Below, piece after piece: positions 47,565 through 61,455 of a stretch of DNA of 64,000 nucleotides (positions are counted from its first letter, which is position 1; every line of letters begins with the position of its first letter). The position numbers and the translations under genes are program-made. Source of the DNA: Azolla caroliniana (taxonomy: Eukaryota > Plantae > Polypodiophyta); assembly GCA_043228905.1 (NCBI GenBank), contig JBHGNT010000012.1, positions 1,922,001 to 1,986,000 of the forward strand, in the 5' to 3' direction. Under the pieces are notes generated by a model that saw only the letters and a program-made list of their open reading frames with translations, was not told the origin of the DNA and ran no database searches.

Positions 47565-50357
47565 ACGGGCGCGTCCTAACTACTATTGATAATCTATTCC
47601 GTTGCTTTACGTTGTTTTTCTATTGTGTCGTTCTCGTGTTGCTATTCTCTCGTACTGCATTGAGTCTGAAACCTACGACCATATCCTTCCTACTCCTCTT
47701 TGTTTGTTCACGGTGTTTGTGTGTATGCGACGCGCGGGTCTCTTCCTCCTTTCTCGATTCCTTGGTTCAAGACCCCCATGGTCCTGCCCCGTTTCTACGC
47801 ATCCGCGTGGAATATTGTGACGCCATGTCATTTGAATCATAGCTATAAGTGTGGCATTTTGACAACTAATGAAGGGAAGTGTTTCGAAAAATGGGTTGCA
47901 CAATTTCATAAATACAGTAGCCACGAGTGACCATTTGAAAAACTAAATGAAAAGAAATATAACCTTGGATTGTGTAATCATGTTGAGCACTTCTTTTTTA
48001 GTTGTGATAAAGTAAAACAATTCTATTTCAAAATAGGTTTTTTATTTCTAAAAACACCCTTGGATAACCATCTCTCAAGTTATCCCTTTGTAACTTGTTC
48101 TCACTTATATAGTTTGCATTAACCAAACGCAAATTTCTCCTAATAGAAAATGGAATAGATATAACGGAAATTTAATGGCATTGGGGTTCTAACTTCTATT
48201 CAAATTCCCAAGTATCACATGTACCCGAAGTACATTTTAATATTATCAAGGATGGCTCAATACAAAATTAATCAATCATTGACATCAATGTAGTTACGGA
48301 ATGTGTCCATCCATAATAATTACGGAGCTCTAACATTCCACTTTTTTAAAGTTACTACGAGAAATAGAAAACATGTCTCCTTGGTTTCAAACATTCTAAA
48401 CACAAAGAAAATCTAATAAACAAAAAACTCCAGCCAAACTTAGGCTTTTTACAAAAAATAAAAAGGAAACTTTAAGAGTCGAGATGGACTTACAAAAATT
48501 AAAATACTGCCAACTTTCCTTGGCTTATCCGATCAATTCATCCATTTTATGCATGTCACTTACTTCACTTTGTTGTGTGTTTTCTACAACCCATGCTTTT
48601 ATCGACACTATTTGTTGTAGATGCTTGACTCTATGTAGCTTTCAATCACATCCAAATAGGTTATTGGTTTCTTCCTTGAATCTAGACAACTTATCAAAGT
48701 AATGATGTACAAAGACTATTGATGGTTCGTCCGAACTCATGGATTTGTTAATCCTTTCTTATTCATGACTCCACTTGCCTCCTCTCGTGTCTTGTGTCAT
48801 ATATCCTCCTCTTGTTTCTCAATAATATATTTGTCTGGGCTATGATACATAAACTTGCACATTATAACCCAACATACATAATTGTCTATGGGGAAACAAT
48901 TCAAGAGTATATGCACACCATTGTCGGTTAGTTGCATCCACATAGCATAACAATTAAAACAATATAGTTAATACATAATTATAGGGTGTGAAATGTAACG
49001 AACAACACCAAAACTAAAAAATAAACATAAATTGATTCAACATTGATTTACACCCTAAATTAATATGTAGCGAAATTGGAAGTAAAAACTTCTTAGAAGT
49101 TATGAATAACTTGGCAAATCAGTTAAGGGTGACAATTTGTCAAAGGTTAAGCTCAGCGATGTAATGTATCCCTATCTCAAACAACAACAAAAAAACTAGG
49201 TCATGTCTAATGTATGGAGGATGTTACAATAGCTCAATATGAATGGAGTAGGCAACGAAACAAGTTTATGCTTGCAAGTGAAAAGTTTGTGGTCAAATGT
49301 GTAAGGAAATAATATTTCAAGAAGCAAATCCATACCATTCTCTAGAAAATTTAAACACAATAATAATGAGCTGATTACATTCTTTTGAAACTTGAAACAA
49401 GCAAGTAAAATGTTAGATACAATGTGCTCACAATGGTCAGATGTTAAAGATAGGACATTTTTAGGTGTCATCCATATAAGTTTATAGGTGCAAGTGACTA
49501 ATTTCCTCTACTAACATTCAAAACCTAACACCAAATTTTGTCCCAAGTCGAGAGGAGTTCTTTTTTACCAATGCACCTAATAACTAGTTTTTTCCATTAC
49601 ATTGTGGGAACTCTGCATTGCCCCTTACTACATAGCTCTCAACACACAGTGGTTACCACCAATAACCAACCCATTGATACCTATGCCCCACCTCAATGTG
49701 AATCCTCCAATTTAGTTTGAGGCCAATATGAACAATGAAGCTTAAGCCTCCTTACATTAGGTCTATACACTTTCAAATGAACCGATTGTGCACAAGACAT
49801 TTCAAGACATGTTTGTATCACTCATATATCAAATCCATAGTGTTGCGACTTGGATTTTGTTACAATAGAGAATTACATAAGCAGGGAATTATAATTACAT
49901 CCTTCAAAGAAGATATATTTACTGCCAATTTAACAGAACCACAGTATCTTGATGTTAATTCCTTCTTGCCTCCACATACACATATAATATCATATCTGTA
50001 CCCAATTTAGACTTCAATACGTCCAGATTTCTCTTACCTCCAGATAAATACACATTTTTCTACATTCAATACGATATGTATGCCCTAAACTCTAACCAAT
50101 TGAATTTTGACATTCATATTTGATAAATTTACTAAATTGATTTAACTTTTATTAAATTACCATATAAGAATAAAGAGTATCGCGTCTCTCATTAAAATCA
50201 AAGAGGAAATTCTAGGATGTAGAAATTTCTCATTTGAAGGATTGGTAGGTTTGTTTACAGTAAAGTAACAGAAGTAAATAGTAAATGGCAGCAGTTTTGT
50301 ACTGTGACATAGAAAAACTCTTCTCTCTTCATTGGTAAGCCAAGGATATGGTGTTTT

Positions 50358-53300
50358 CTACATGAATCCACCATATTGTTGCTGATTAGGAAAGCTTCCT
50401 GCACCCATACCCATTGTTGAGTTCATACCCATGCCAACAGGTCTCATGCCCATTCCCATCTGCTGCATTGAGGGTTGTTGCATACCTATACCCATCTGAT
50501 TCACACCCATGCCCATGCCCATGCCCATGCCCATACCCATACCCATACCCATGCCCATCTGATTCATGTTGATATTGGGATTCATTCCCATATTATTCAT
50601 CATCATCGGACTTGGAGGACGAACTATCGCACTTGCTCCTGCCACTCCAAGTCCTGATCCTGATCCCATAGCTTTCCCCATGTTTGTTGATGAAGTTTTT
50701 GGGGCTGATGATCGCTCTTCCTTCTTCCTCTCGGTTCGCAGAAGATCAAAATCTATTCCAATATCATTTAAAGGATTGCTTTTCGCTGCACAAGCCCGTA
50801 TAGAGTTAATCCCATTCTCAAATATGAAATTGCAAAAGGAGAGCATTCTCAAATGTGAAAACATGAAAAAGGAAATTAAGAAAGCACTTACGCCCCGAAA
50901 TGTTCAAGTCAATCAAACCCTTGCTAATGCTGTCTGACCAAACAGCAGATTTTGTCTCAAATTTTGTTTCCTGTTGTGACCTCGCACCCACATGTATACC
51001 CGTGTTCTGTGAAAAGAGAGGTTGTGATGATATTTGTGCAGGAGGGCCAAAACTCGACTCAAAAATGCTTGAAAATTTATCTTGTTGAGGTGCTAGCATA
51101 TTTACTGATGAAGCTGCCGACAGTGCAACACTTGGAGCAGCACCATTAGCATTGAAGGGAATACCAAAAATATCTTCTCCCACAGATGGTATAGCTCTAG
51201 ATTGACTTGATGTGACAGGTGGTGGAACTGAAAATAGATCAAAATTATTACCACCCTGAGGACCACTGCCATTGATAGAGGGAAGGACTGTAAATTGTGA
51301 TGTATTTGATGCCTGGATTGGTGGCGGAGGAGGTGGAATAATGGATGGAACTGTGTCAAAATTAGTTTTGGACCCTGAAAAAGATGAATTGCTTGAAGAA
51401 AGAGATCCAAAACTAGGCGGTAGATCAACACTAGCACTGTTGATATTTGCTGCTGCTGGAGTTTGCACTTTGAATGGCGAATTTCCAAAAATATCACTAT
51501 CCAATGGCTGATGAAAAGAACAACTTGTCAGAGGAAAATTCATGAAATGGCTGCGGTACAAATAGCTGTTTCAAGAAGAAGAATACATATATTAACAAGA
51601 AGATTCATTAGGATCTAAATTCACCTGGAAACTCGTTTGATTTGCTGTTGCAGAAGCCGATTGAAAATTAGATTCTTCAAAAAAATTACTCATGGAATTG
51701 CCCGGTGTGTTTGAAGATGCAGGTGGAGGCGCTAATGTTCTCACAGCACCACCACTGAACTCTTGTTGGTTGGATTTATTATCAATTTGTGAAACTGGAG
51801 CTGCTTCATGAAACACATCATCAAAACCCTTCATGCCTCTATATTATTGAGAACTGTTAACACTATTTCTGTCACTTTGTAACAAAATTTAGATTTCTAG
51901 GAATTTAGTTATACACTATATTAATAAATATTATGGTCGAGTCTGTAATGTGGTAAAAGATTTAGCATAAATCAAACATCCAACTCTGCATAGTGTCTAT
52001 TGACGTCTAGTGAAAGAATTGACCATTGCCAGAACCTCTGATGCATTGATACATCCACCCAGACAGGAGCCTTCACAATGAAATTAATCAATTCAGATGA
52101 CAGATTAGAGCAAACACATTCCAGTCACCACTAAGCCATACCTATACGAAAATTAATCTACAGCATAAAAACTATGAAGTGAATGACATCAGTAAGTGTT
52201 TCAAAAATCAGGGCCACTCAATATGATTTCTATGACACAGAAAAGGGTTCACAAAGAAAATTGTATACATCAACAGATTGGCACCCACATGGTAGGTAAT
52301 ATACATTCTCAAATTGCACCACATAGTAAGAAATATACATCCTCACATTGCATGCAAATGACAAGTCAATCACGAACCTCGTGTACTAGTAGGGGCACGG
52401 GGATTAAATTCGTCGTCATCGTCGAAGAATGATTTTGTTGTAGAAACCGGATCCTCTAACTGGGATACAGTTGAATTTGACACCTGTCCAGCCAATGCGC
52501 CCTTGTTTCTGCCAAACAGGCAAAAAAAGAGTGTTGAGCAAAAGTAATTGCACACTCAGTAAGTGTGGAAAAACTTTCACACACCTCTCATCCTCAGTAA
52601 CTTGGTATTCAGGACTCCTTTGTGCCTCTTCGTAGCTTGGCGGCGACTGCTTGTGATCAGCCCTCCTGCCATATAGAACAAGAGCTTCAATTTTTTTATG
52701 CAGTAAGCCCATGCAAAAATAGGAATGTATCTCCTCTTTTTACAAGGCCGAGCACTTACCAGTCATCTCGTCGATATTCATCATCCCTACCTCCACCACC
52801 CCTACAGCCACAATCCAAGAAATTCTTGTGAGTATTGAATCTATCAGATGCCAAGAATCAATTATTAATAGACAGCAGAAGAGAACCTTGACGAATGTCG
52901 GTCATCATCATCATATGGTCTGTCAAGATCTTTCTCATAACCCCTGTACTTCTCACTTTGTCGATCATCTCCTCTCCTTGTATTGTATCGATCATCCTCA
53001 TTATTATAATCCCTGTAACGATCTCCTTCCCTTCCATACCGATCATTGTCCGATTCTCTTCCACGATCTTCGTCTCTGTACCGATCATTGTCCCTATATT
53101 TGTTATCATCACGTCCTCCATATCTAGAGCCCCCTCCATACCCATCATCTTCATAACGATCACCATATGTACTGGTCTTAGAGAATCCACCAGTGGAAGA
53201 AAGGCCACGATACCTGGACTTCCCACATTTCATAAATAACCTGTTAGCAGTCCAATTTCCTTGTACATGCATTGATGATCACTGAGAATCAAGTCACTTA

Positions 53301-54272
53301 CTTATCCCGATTTTCAACAGCCTTCTGCCTGGCTTCCCTTATTTTCTCTTTATCATTCACAAGTGCCATAAGTGTTTGTGATTTCTTTCGGACATTAATA
53401 CCTTGGTCTCTACCAGTGGAATCTAGGTATTGGAAGTCCATAAGTGCCTGAAAAAGAAGAAGTCTCAAAGGAAAATTATTCATGAGCCATAAATCTGCAG
53501 TAATCCGAAGCAAGATGACATACTGAAATTTGATAGCTGTGCTCTTTGATATCATCTACCACTCTTTCTGATCCATGAGCCACGAGATATTCCAAAAGAG
53601 TCAGAGCCTTAAAAAGAAAATAATACAAAAGAACCGTTATTAAAAATTATGGTCGTAACAGACAGCCAGCGATATTTGGCATATCAAAAACGAACCTTAT
53701 ATACATGCCGCCAATTACGACCAGTATCACTTAATCGTTTCCATATAATTGTCACAATCATCTGATGTTCATAACTGCAAGAAAATTTATGTGGGGTCCT
53801 TATGGTATGCTTTACAGTAGCTTACAGAATCCCCTCTAGATAATAGCTAAAACTCAGAAATTATGCATGTTTTCTTATGTCATGCTTGAAAACCAGAGAA
53901 GCAACTTACTAATTTCGAGTTGCTTGTGCAATCTCTGCCATAGCTGTTCCATGTGGTCCCCATGGCTCATTGCTCGTAGCATCCAGAACCTGCATTAACA
54001 AACTCGACAAAAATCAAATTATACTCTTCTCGATGGTCTTATATTAAGTTATAACTCAGAAGTCTACACTTCAATGCACTATTACCTTCTGCTCAATCTC
54101 AGGGACCTTCAAGACCTTCTTGTTGACCTCCCTTTTGCTGAAGCAAAGGAAGAAAACAGACATGATACGTAAAGGACGTATCCATGATGATTCATAAGAA
54201 ACGTCGGAAACAGGGAAAAAAGCAAACTTACAGGTCCCGAACAGTCTGATCCAAGACCTTCTTGAAATCCAT
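50358..54272 (-). CDS. ENTH-domain clathrin interactor (epsin, EPSIN2/3-like), about 13 coding exons
   Basis: Exons 54272-54232 ([14 protein letters not shown]), 54137-54086 ([17 protein letters not shown]), 53989-53910 ([14 protein letters not shown]), 53774-53696 ([16 protein letters not shown]), 53607-53524, 53447-53302 ([10 protein letters not shown]) and 53213-52887 (RD-rich). Further exons at ~52800-52377 (PPSYEEA, DDEFNPR), ~51845-51624, ~51507-50892 ([19 protein letters not shown]) and a final MG-rich exon to the stop at 50358. Later exon boundaries are approximate. 5' UTR exons extend to ~55700. Confidence 0.9.
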
Positions 54273-55789
54273 AAATAATTGATCCAAAATTGTTTCGCAG
54301 AACAAACAGATGTAAAACAAACGAAGCTAACCTGTTCCAAAGAAAAAAGACAAAGACGCGGGCATTGTTGAAGGTAGAACATAACATGAAGCATTGTTTG
54401 TAAAGAGCGGAACAGATCTAAAGAGATCTGGAATAAACAAGGGAGTGGTAGAAACGGAACAAATACCTGTGTAAGAGGGCTAGTGGAGTTCCTGACACAC
54501 TGTCTACAGGATATATGCAGAGAACGAGGGAAAGATGCTCCAAGCACTCTCCACAGAAATGCTCAGTGAAATCTGTTCCAAAGAACAGGAGAGCAATACA
54601 GGGATTAGAGATGATAGATGCATCTTCAAATGCAGAATATGAGGCACATGCTAGTGACGAATAGCAAAGACACCGTAGAAGAGGAAACTTGGAAGTAAGG
54701 TAGGAAGAATAAGGTCAAAATATCTGCGTTGCAGAAATGTTAGTTGAAGGTCCTGTAGCATAGAAAGAAGAGATATACATTGAAAGGCAGAAGAATGAAC
54801 ATTGATTACGAAACGAAACGTTTGAGAGGAAATGGTACAATGTAACAGTTCTGAGAAGAATCAAAAGAACTGCGAGCAAATTACATGCACTGCGAGGGGA
54901 AGAGGAAAACGTTCCACGAAAACAGAGAAAAAGCAAAAGCGAGATCCTCATCATTCTCTGGCTACCGAATCCTTCATAAGGACTGAACCGATCTAAGCAT
55001 ATAGAATAACATGAAACGGCATAAGCACAATCGGATACGCGAAACGGCAACAAATAAGATAATTCAACAGCACGGATCTGATCTGAGCAGAAGCGAAAGA
55101 ATAAGAGAAAATGGGAGCAATGTGATGATTTTAGCCGTGTGCTGCGGAAGGAAAAAAGCATCATCCAAATCAGTTCGCCGACAAAACGTAAACGGAAAGA
55201 GTGGGGTGGGGGGGTGAAAGCATCATTGGAATACGAAAACAGGAGGTACAACATATAGCAGCGAAGAACATAACGGATCCGATCTGAGAGAGGGAGCAAA
55301 ACAGTACAACCAAAACAAAAATGAACGAAATCAAGAAAGAAAACCTGTGTGTTGCGGAGGGAGCGAGCTCCTCCTGCTCACCAAAGAAATCCTTACCAAG
55401 CACGAGTTACGATCGAAACACTGAGAAGGCGGGAGAGAACAGAAACACAGGATCGTACAAGAGAAGAAAACAAAGAAAGAAGAAAACAAAGAAAAGAGTG
55501 GGGGAAAGGGAGGGAGAGAAACGAAATACCAGTGTTTGTTTGGAGATGGTGGAAGGCGTCACTGCGGAGGAGGAAGCGCAAGCGAACTTCGCTGTCTATG
55601 GTGGAGCTTCTGCGGAGGAGGTGCAGAGGGTGGGAATGAGAGAGGATCGCGACACACACAGTACGCAGACGCAGAGAAAGATGGAGATGGAGATGGAGAT
55701 GGAGATGGAGAGAGAGAAAGAGAGAGATGGAGTTTCTCTCTCACTCACACACACACACACACAAACACTTTCTTCAGTAAAAACTGAAT

Positions 55790-56030
55790 TGCATTGAAGC
55801 AAGCAGCTACTTCTGTGAGAGAGAGAGAGAGAGAGAGTGTGTGTGTGTGTGTGTGTGTGTCTGTGTGTGTGTGTGTGTGTGTGGTTAGGGTAAAAAAAAT
55901 GAGAGATGAAAACCCTAACTAGAGTGAGTGGTGTAGGGCCGGGAGCACCTGACCATCACATCTCGCCATGTCCGCCCGCCCGCCCGCCCGCCCAGTTTAG
56001 GGTTCCAGAGTCCCCAGGCCCGACCATATC
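55790..56030 (-). promoter_or_regulatory. Epsin promoter region with (GA)n/(GT)n microsatellites, telo-boxes and GGCCC site-II-like motifs
   Basis: AAACCCTAA at ~55910, TTAGGGTT at ~55997, GGGCC and GGCCC at ~55936 and ~56017, and a GC-rich CCGCCCGCCC run. Confidence 0.5.
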
Positions 56031-57376
56031 CATCTAAGCCCTGCTGCCGAAAGAGCCCGAGTAGATTAGCGAAAACGGTTTGTCCACTCTTCTGAGCTAG
56101 AGACCCGACCGAATCTTCCTTCCTTCTGCATTCTGATAGACAAGAAGGGGGGGACATCGCTCCCAGCCGCACATTGCCATCGTCATTTCGTGCGATCCGA
56201 TCGTCCCCTACAGCGTACCAAACCTTTTGGAAATTATTACAGTCAACTACATGCATTTTTGCGTAGATTGTTATTGATATGCGTACCAATTTTGCATTGG
56301 AACTGTTGTTCTATGAGGCCAAAGCCCCGAGGATATAAAATCACTTCATTGAGTGAACCATACTGAAATGGTTGCAACTTGCACTTACTTTGAATTGTAT
56401 ACAAAATAGAGCTTGTGTCGATGCACATAGTCATGCATATGTTATAGGTCACATACAAATACAATAATGGATGCAATGCCTAACTTGGATCTAAAAAGTG
56501 ATCATTGATCCAACATTCCATAAAACAATTTGTAATAACACAACACATTGTGAATTAATCATAAATAACACAATTTGATTGTCTTAAACATTGTCACGAG
56601 CAACATTTGCACCCTCATTACGTTTCTTGTGCTTCTTGAGATGTTCAACATTGCAATCAAAATACTTGGTACAATGGATACACGTTCCCCCCTATACTAT
56701 TAATATTAAATCAAATTACACAACAATATGGTTCCATGAACAATTGACATCATTCAAGTTGATATCTGCCATGTGAGCATGACATGACACATCGAGTGTT
56801 GTTACCTTGCCACTCCAAGCATGCATAATCCCGATGGTCATTCATGATCTCATAAAGCAGTAAGAACTTATGTTAGCACTAGACAGTGAGACCCACACAG
56901 ACAAGCATCTCTAAGATTTTTCTCCATAACATGGAGCAAAGCCATGGGCATATCATTTCATATCTTTTGTATGATTGCATTTGTCTCGTTTCCATGCCCA
57001 AGCTCTTGCTTGAGATTCTCCATTTATGTGCTTCATACAAAATATGTGAAAGCTTTTTTAGAACACAAATTCCCAGTTCTATGATCCCCTTTTATCTATT
57101 CGAAACAATTCTCACACGAGCACTTGAAGAGGCAAACTTTCCATTGATATGCGTAATTCATTTATATCATTTATCGCTTTGCAAAAAGCAAGACTATATT
57201 GATGTTATTTCCAACAAACTGCCGTTGATATTTCATGTCAAGAGACTCCCCTCAAAATCTATGAATGTGTGACAATGCATGAAGGCAGAGAATAAACTAA
57301 GATTGTTTGCAAACTTAATTTTTGTAACATGTCATTGAGGTAGGATTATTTCTCCAAATCAATTTCAACTAACTTG

Positions 57377-57580
57377 GAATGTATTGCTCATCATCAACAT
57401 GCCATGCTCTCTCAAACAAGGAACCTAGATACTCCTAATATCATGCATCTTGTCTTCCAAAAAATTTGTGGTCATTCACTTGATTCATACTAATATGGAA
57501 TGCATTGTTCATCATCATCATGCTATGCTCGCTTGAACAAGGAACCTAGATATTCCCAACATGTGTGGTCATTCACTTGA
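57377..57580. repeat. Degenerate ~120-bp direct duplication
   Basis: TCATCATCA..ATGCTC..AACAAGGAACCTAGATA..TGTGGTCATTCACTTGA occurs twice. Confidence 0.6.
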
Positions 57581-59718
57581 GCATTTTCTTCCTTAATAAT
57601 ATGTAAAGATTGTACAAATTATTTCCATGATCCTTGGATGATTTTTTTCCCTTTTGCCAATTCCGTCACAACATAGACACCATGAACAACACTTGGGTAT
57701 ACCCACTTATATTGGACTTTATGACAATACATCCACACCGAAATAAAGTGTAGGAACTCTCATGTGTCTCAAAATGAAAATATTCAGAAATGCCATGTGG
57801 GAAGATTATAGTTTTTTTAATCCTTTTCAGGGTCCAAATGTTTTAGAATACATGTACGTCTCAAATTACCAAAATACCCTTATACAACCACAAAATTGGA
57901 CCCTAGGTCCATGGTTGTGTTTTGCACTATAGATAATGGTTACATGAGTTTTTCATAAATAAACAATTATACATTACCTTACTAAAGCATAGTGTGAAAA
58001 TTTGCATGGACAAAGTACAATTGAACTAATATATAGTAACATGCAAAAACATTGATGTCATTCATAAATGCATTTTATTTGGAAACACGAATATCAATTG
58101 AAAAGCCGTGAACGACATTATTATCATGCTCCATATGAACCTGAAGATATCCAAGGCATGAAGAATTTCCGTCAATCCTCACTAAGATCATTGTTTCATC
58201 GGAAGCATATGTGTTAACTTTGGAGAGAGGCATTATTAAAAACACCAAATAGATGACATCCATTACATCCCAACCATAATCATGATTTCTATTTGTGAAA
58301 TTGTTTGCCATCCAAGAGGCATCAAATTACAAAATATTGTCTACCAACCTTTATGTTTGCTATACGTCGTTAAAGTAGGTTGTAACTTTTGTCCAACCAT
58401 GAGCAAAATACCACAATTATATCAAGGGCTGACATAATAGAGATAAAACCCACCAAAGAGTGTTGATTAGCTATTAGAATCATGTTGGTTATGCTAATTC
58501 CATTTGTAAATCACAGTGGTAGGAAAAATAAAATCCACGAAGAGGATTTACGAAGCTCAAAAATGTTGCATGTCATGCATTTTGTATAAGACTAACTGTA
58601 ATAAAAGAAAAGTAAAGATAAAATAGGTGCTCATATACAATCAATTGACGAGGGAGTTACTAACTCCCAAGCATTTGAACCATGTGTCTACATAAAAGAG
58701 ACCAAATCAAAGTTGGTAACTACAAGGCTAAGCCATGTTGCAACATCATTCTTGGGCCTATCACCTTTTTGTGAAGGATCTTGGAAATTCTCGACAATTA
58801 TTCATCATGTGACCTTAAAAAGTTTGGTTTGGTTGTTGTGAACCAAAGTCTTGCTCGTGCCCTTTGCATGTGAAAAATTAGAAATTGGGGCCCACATCTT
58901 TAGAGAGGATGACATGTTGTTTACCTCTATCTTGTTTTGTAGTAGTACTTGCTATAGAACGGAGTTGGTGTTGTTTATCTGTTGGGTTAGGCAATTGTAA
59001 TTATACTTATCGACCCTTTGGCTCACATTTCTCCACTTTTACCACTTGCAAAATTGCTTGACTTAAGATTACACATACATTTACTTACCTTCAAACCTTT
59101 AGGAGAAATCATGATCTCAAGAAACATCTACACATCAATTGATGATGCCACCTATATATGGTGAGCATGTCATGTGACCAATATTTCTCTAGCAAGGAAA
59201 TCCTCCACCCAAATAATGATGAGCTTTATCTACATGCCATATAGCAAAGATGATGTATGCAATAAACTTTGTTGTGATCGACGAGTGATATATTACAATC
59301 AAAGTGTCCAAAGTATAAGCCTTCTATCACACCTTTGAATAAGGAATTAATCAGATGTGTAACATAGAAGGCAAAAGGACGTCTTAGTGGGGAAGAGAAC
59401 AATAAAATGTTGTTAAGACCTTAGTCATTGGATCATCAAGTCCTTACCTTGAAATTGAATTCAAATGGAGAGGAGGACCATCCCAATAGTCATAACATTT
59501 GCAAAGTCTTTCATAATGTTTTTGTGAAACAAGTGTCATCAACAACCTCACAATAATCTCTCTCTCTCTCTCTCTCTCTCTACTCACATTGAAACTTGAT
59601 CAAGACAGGGCAAATTATTGGTTTGCAAATCATCACAAACAAATCTCACTAACATTGCATTGGGAACATCAATAGGCCCATGACAATAACATTGGTCCAA
59701 AACTTACACACATATACA

Positions 59719-59756
<38 letters not shown>

Positions 59757-59769
59757 CATAAATAATGGC

Positions 59770-61455
59770 TTTCATTACAAAAGAAAAAACACCACCATGA
59801 CTAACTTACTACAAAGTATAGAAGCCTTCTATCTATCTAGGGATCTAAAGACTACTACGACTCCAAACTCAATGCCACCCTACACAACAATTTAAATGAT
59901 GAATATGATGATATGTGCCCTTGCAGACTTCTCTCTCTTCATGATTGAGATTTCGTGACTTCTCTAGCATTGTCAATTGCCACAAAAGAAGTCCTTTTTA
60001 ACTTTAGAACATATTTTCTCACCCCAACTTGCGAATCAAAAGCGAAGGCATTCCACATATTCCAATTGAACCATAGCCCCCAATACCTCAAGAACTCCAA
60101 AATAATTTGGAAATGAGGCATCGGTTCATTGTTCTGTATATGTGCAAAAACCCAACTCAAGGAAGATATGCTTTACTCCAGTTAGAGACATCCACACTAA
60201 ACTGATACACCTCCAAACCATCCTCGCCATCGGGCATGAAAGAAATAGATGGCTACTATGTTCCAATTCCACCAAACAAAACAAACACGATCCTTTAGTA
60301 ATGTTTCTCTTTTCTAATCCATCCCCCAATGGTAAAGCTCCAACCATAACTCTCCAAATAAATACCTTAGCTCGTAGCATCAATCGAGAGCTCCAACTTG
60401 TCTCAATCACATGAAACCACCAAGTAATGGGCTTACGAAAACCTCATATATTTATAACTCTTTCTTCCAACCACTTATGTTTGTCAAACAACTTGTGATA
60501 AGCAACACTTGTTGAAATCATAGACAATCTCTTATTTCCAAAAAACCTCCAATCAAGCTTTTGAAATCCCCCATCTAAATCATGAATTGGCTCATACGAA
60601 GACAATATTTCTTGCAACTTATCCCAATATAAAGGTATAACCATTTGGAATACGAAATGTTGATCTTATTGCTCGAAAGATCATTAATCTTCTTTGTGAC
60701 ACCAACATAGCATCCTTGACTGTTACCAAACCCAACCTAGCCATCCGATTAAATTGATGATTAAGAATTTGTTTACCTTCCCACCTCAACAACCGTGATG
60801 TCACCAAAACCTCCATTTGTAATGAATTGGCACATTCCCCTTCTTGTGGAGGATGTCATTCCACAATATCCAACATACTTTGCCAAGATGTCAACAAATG
60901 ATTAACTATCAAAGACCCTACACATTTGACATCCCTTTAAGAATTAATGACATTCCACCAATTAGCTTCAACCTTCTTGTTTCCAAGCTTAATTATGTCA
61001 TTCTCTATCAAGTATGCCACCATTTCGGTCCAAGGTTGTATACCTTCAAACATAAATCGAATGAAAGGAAATCAATGAGCTACCATATGCTCATATAGAT
61101 TCAATATTGATGCCCTACCAAGACGCTTCGGAGTACAAACATGATCCTATGCCAACCATGAAAATGCACTTTTCCCTTTTCTTTTCCATAACAACATTCA
61201 CGCATTGAGTGTGACACCATTACAAGAGCTTTCTTCGACCATGCTAGCAAAGGAAGATAATAAAATACCGTATAGACCATAACTGATTGGACCACCTTAA
61301 GTCGTACATGAAAAGGCCAGAATTTAGACCTCCAATACATAAACTTATCCTCCAACCTTTTGGATACCCACTCAATAATTTTCACATGAGAAACTTCTGC
61401 CCCAATTGGATATCCAAGGTGACAACAAATCATACCACGATGTACTATCCTTCTT
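59770..61455 (-). mobile_element. Degenerate L1 LINE 3' portion (third family)
   Basis: Minus-strand fragments CHLGYPIG...RLKVVQSV and zf-RVT KVFIWRVMVGALPLG...CLFC..E.SSHLFLSC. Confidence 0.75.

Larger units (their letters stand above)
40036..47822 (+). mobile_element. Older solo LTR of a Phygy-like family (40036-40557 plus 47569-47822) interrupted by a younger full-length element
   Basis: Starts TGTCGTGAAG, has CTATAAAAGG, and ends CATCCGCGTGGAATATTGTGACG, paralleling the inner LTR end CATCCGCGAGGAATACCTCGACA. TSD CCGT/CCAT. No PBS follows. Confidence 0.75.

Noticed and set aside
40440-47930. Many long overlapping or antisense ORFs (e.g. 41417-42313, 45512-46678, 46584-47423)
   Set aside because: Shadow frames of the GC-rich retroelement and its LTRs, with no recognisable domains.
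50490-50560. (CCCATG/CCCATA)n repeat, and the RD-rich ORF 52865-53272, as separate features
   Set aside because: Both are low-complexity coding exons of the epsin gene.
54715-55802. ORFs of 60-194 aa upstream of the epsin ATG
   Set aside because: They lie in 5' UTR introns and microsatellite-rich leader sequence, are compositionally biased and show no domain motifs.
56470-59500. Possible decayed transposase or gene remnant (similar impression at 1-900)
   Set aside because: No motif could be recognised in any frame. A translated search would be needed.
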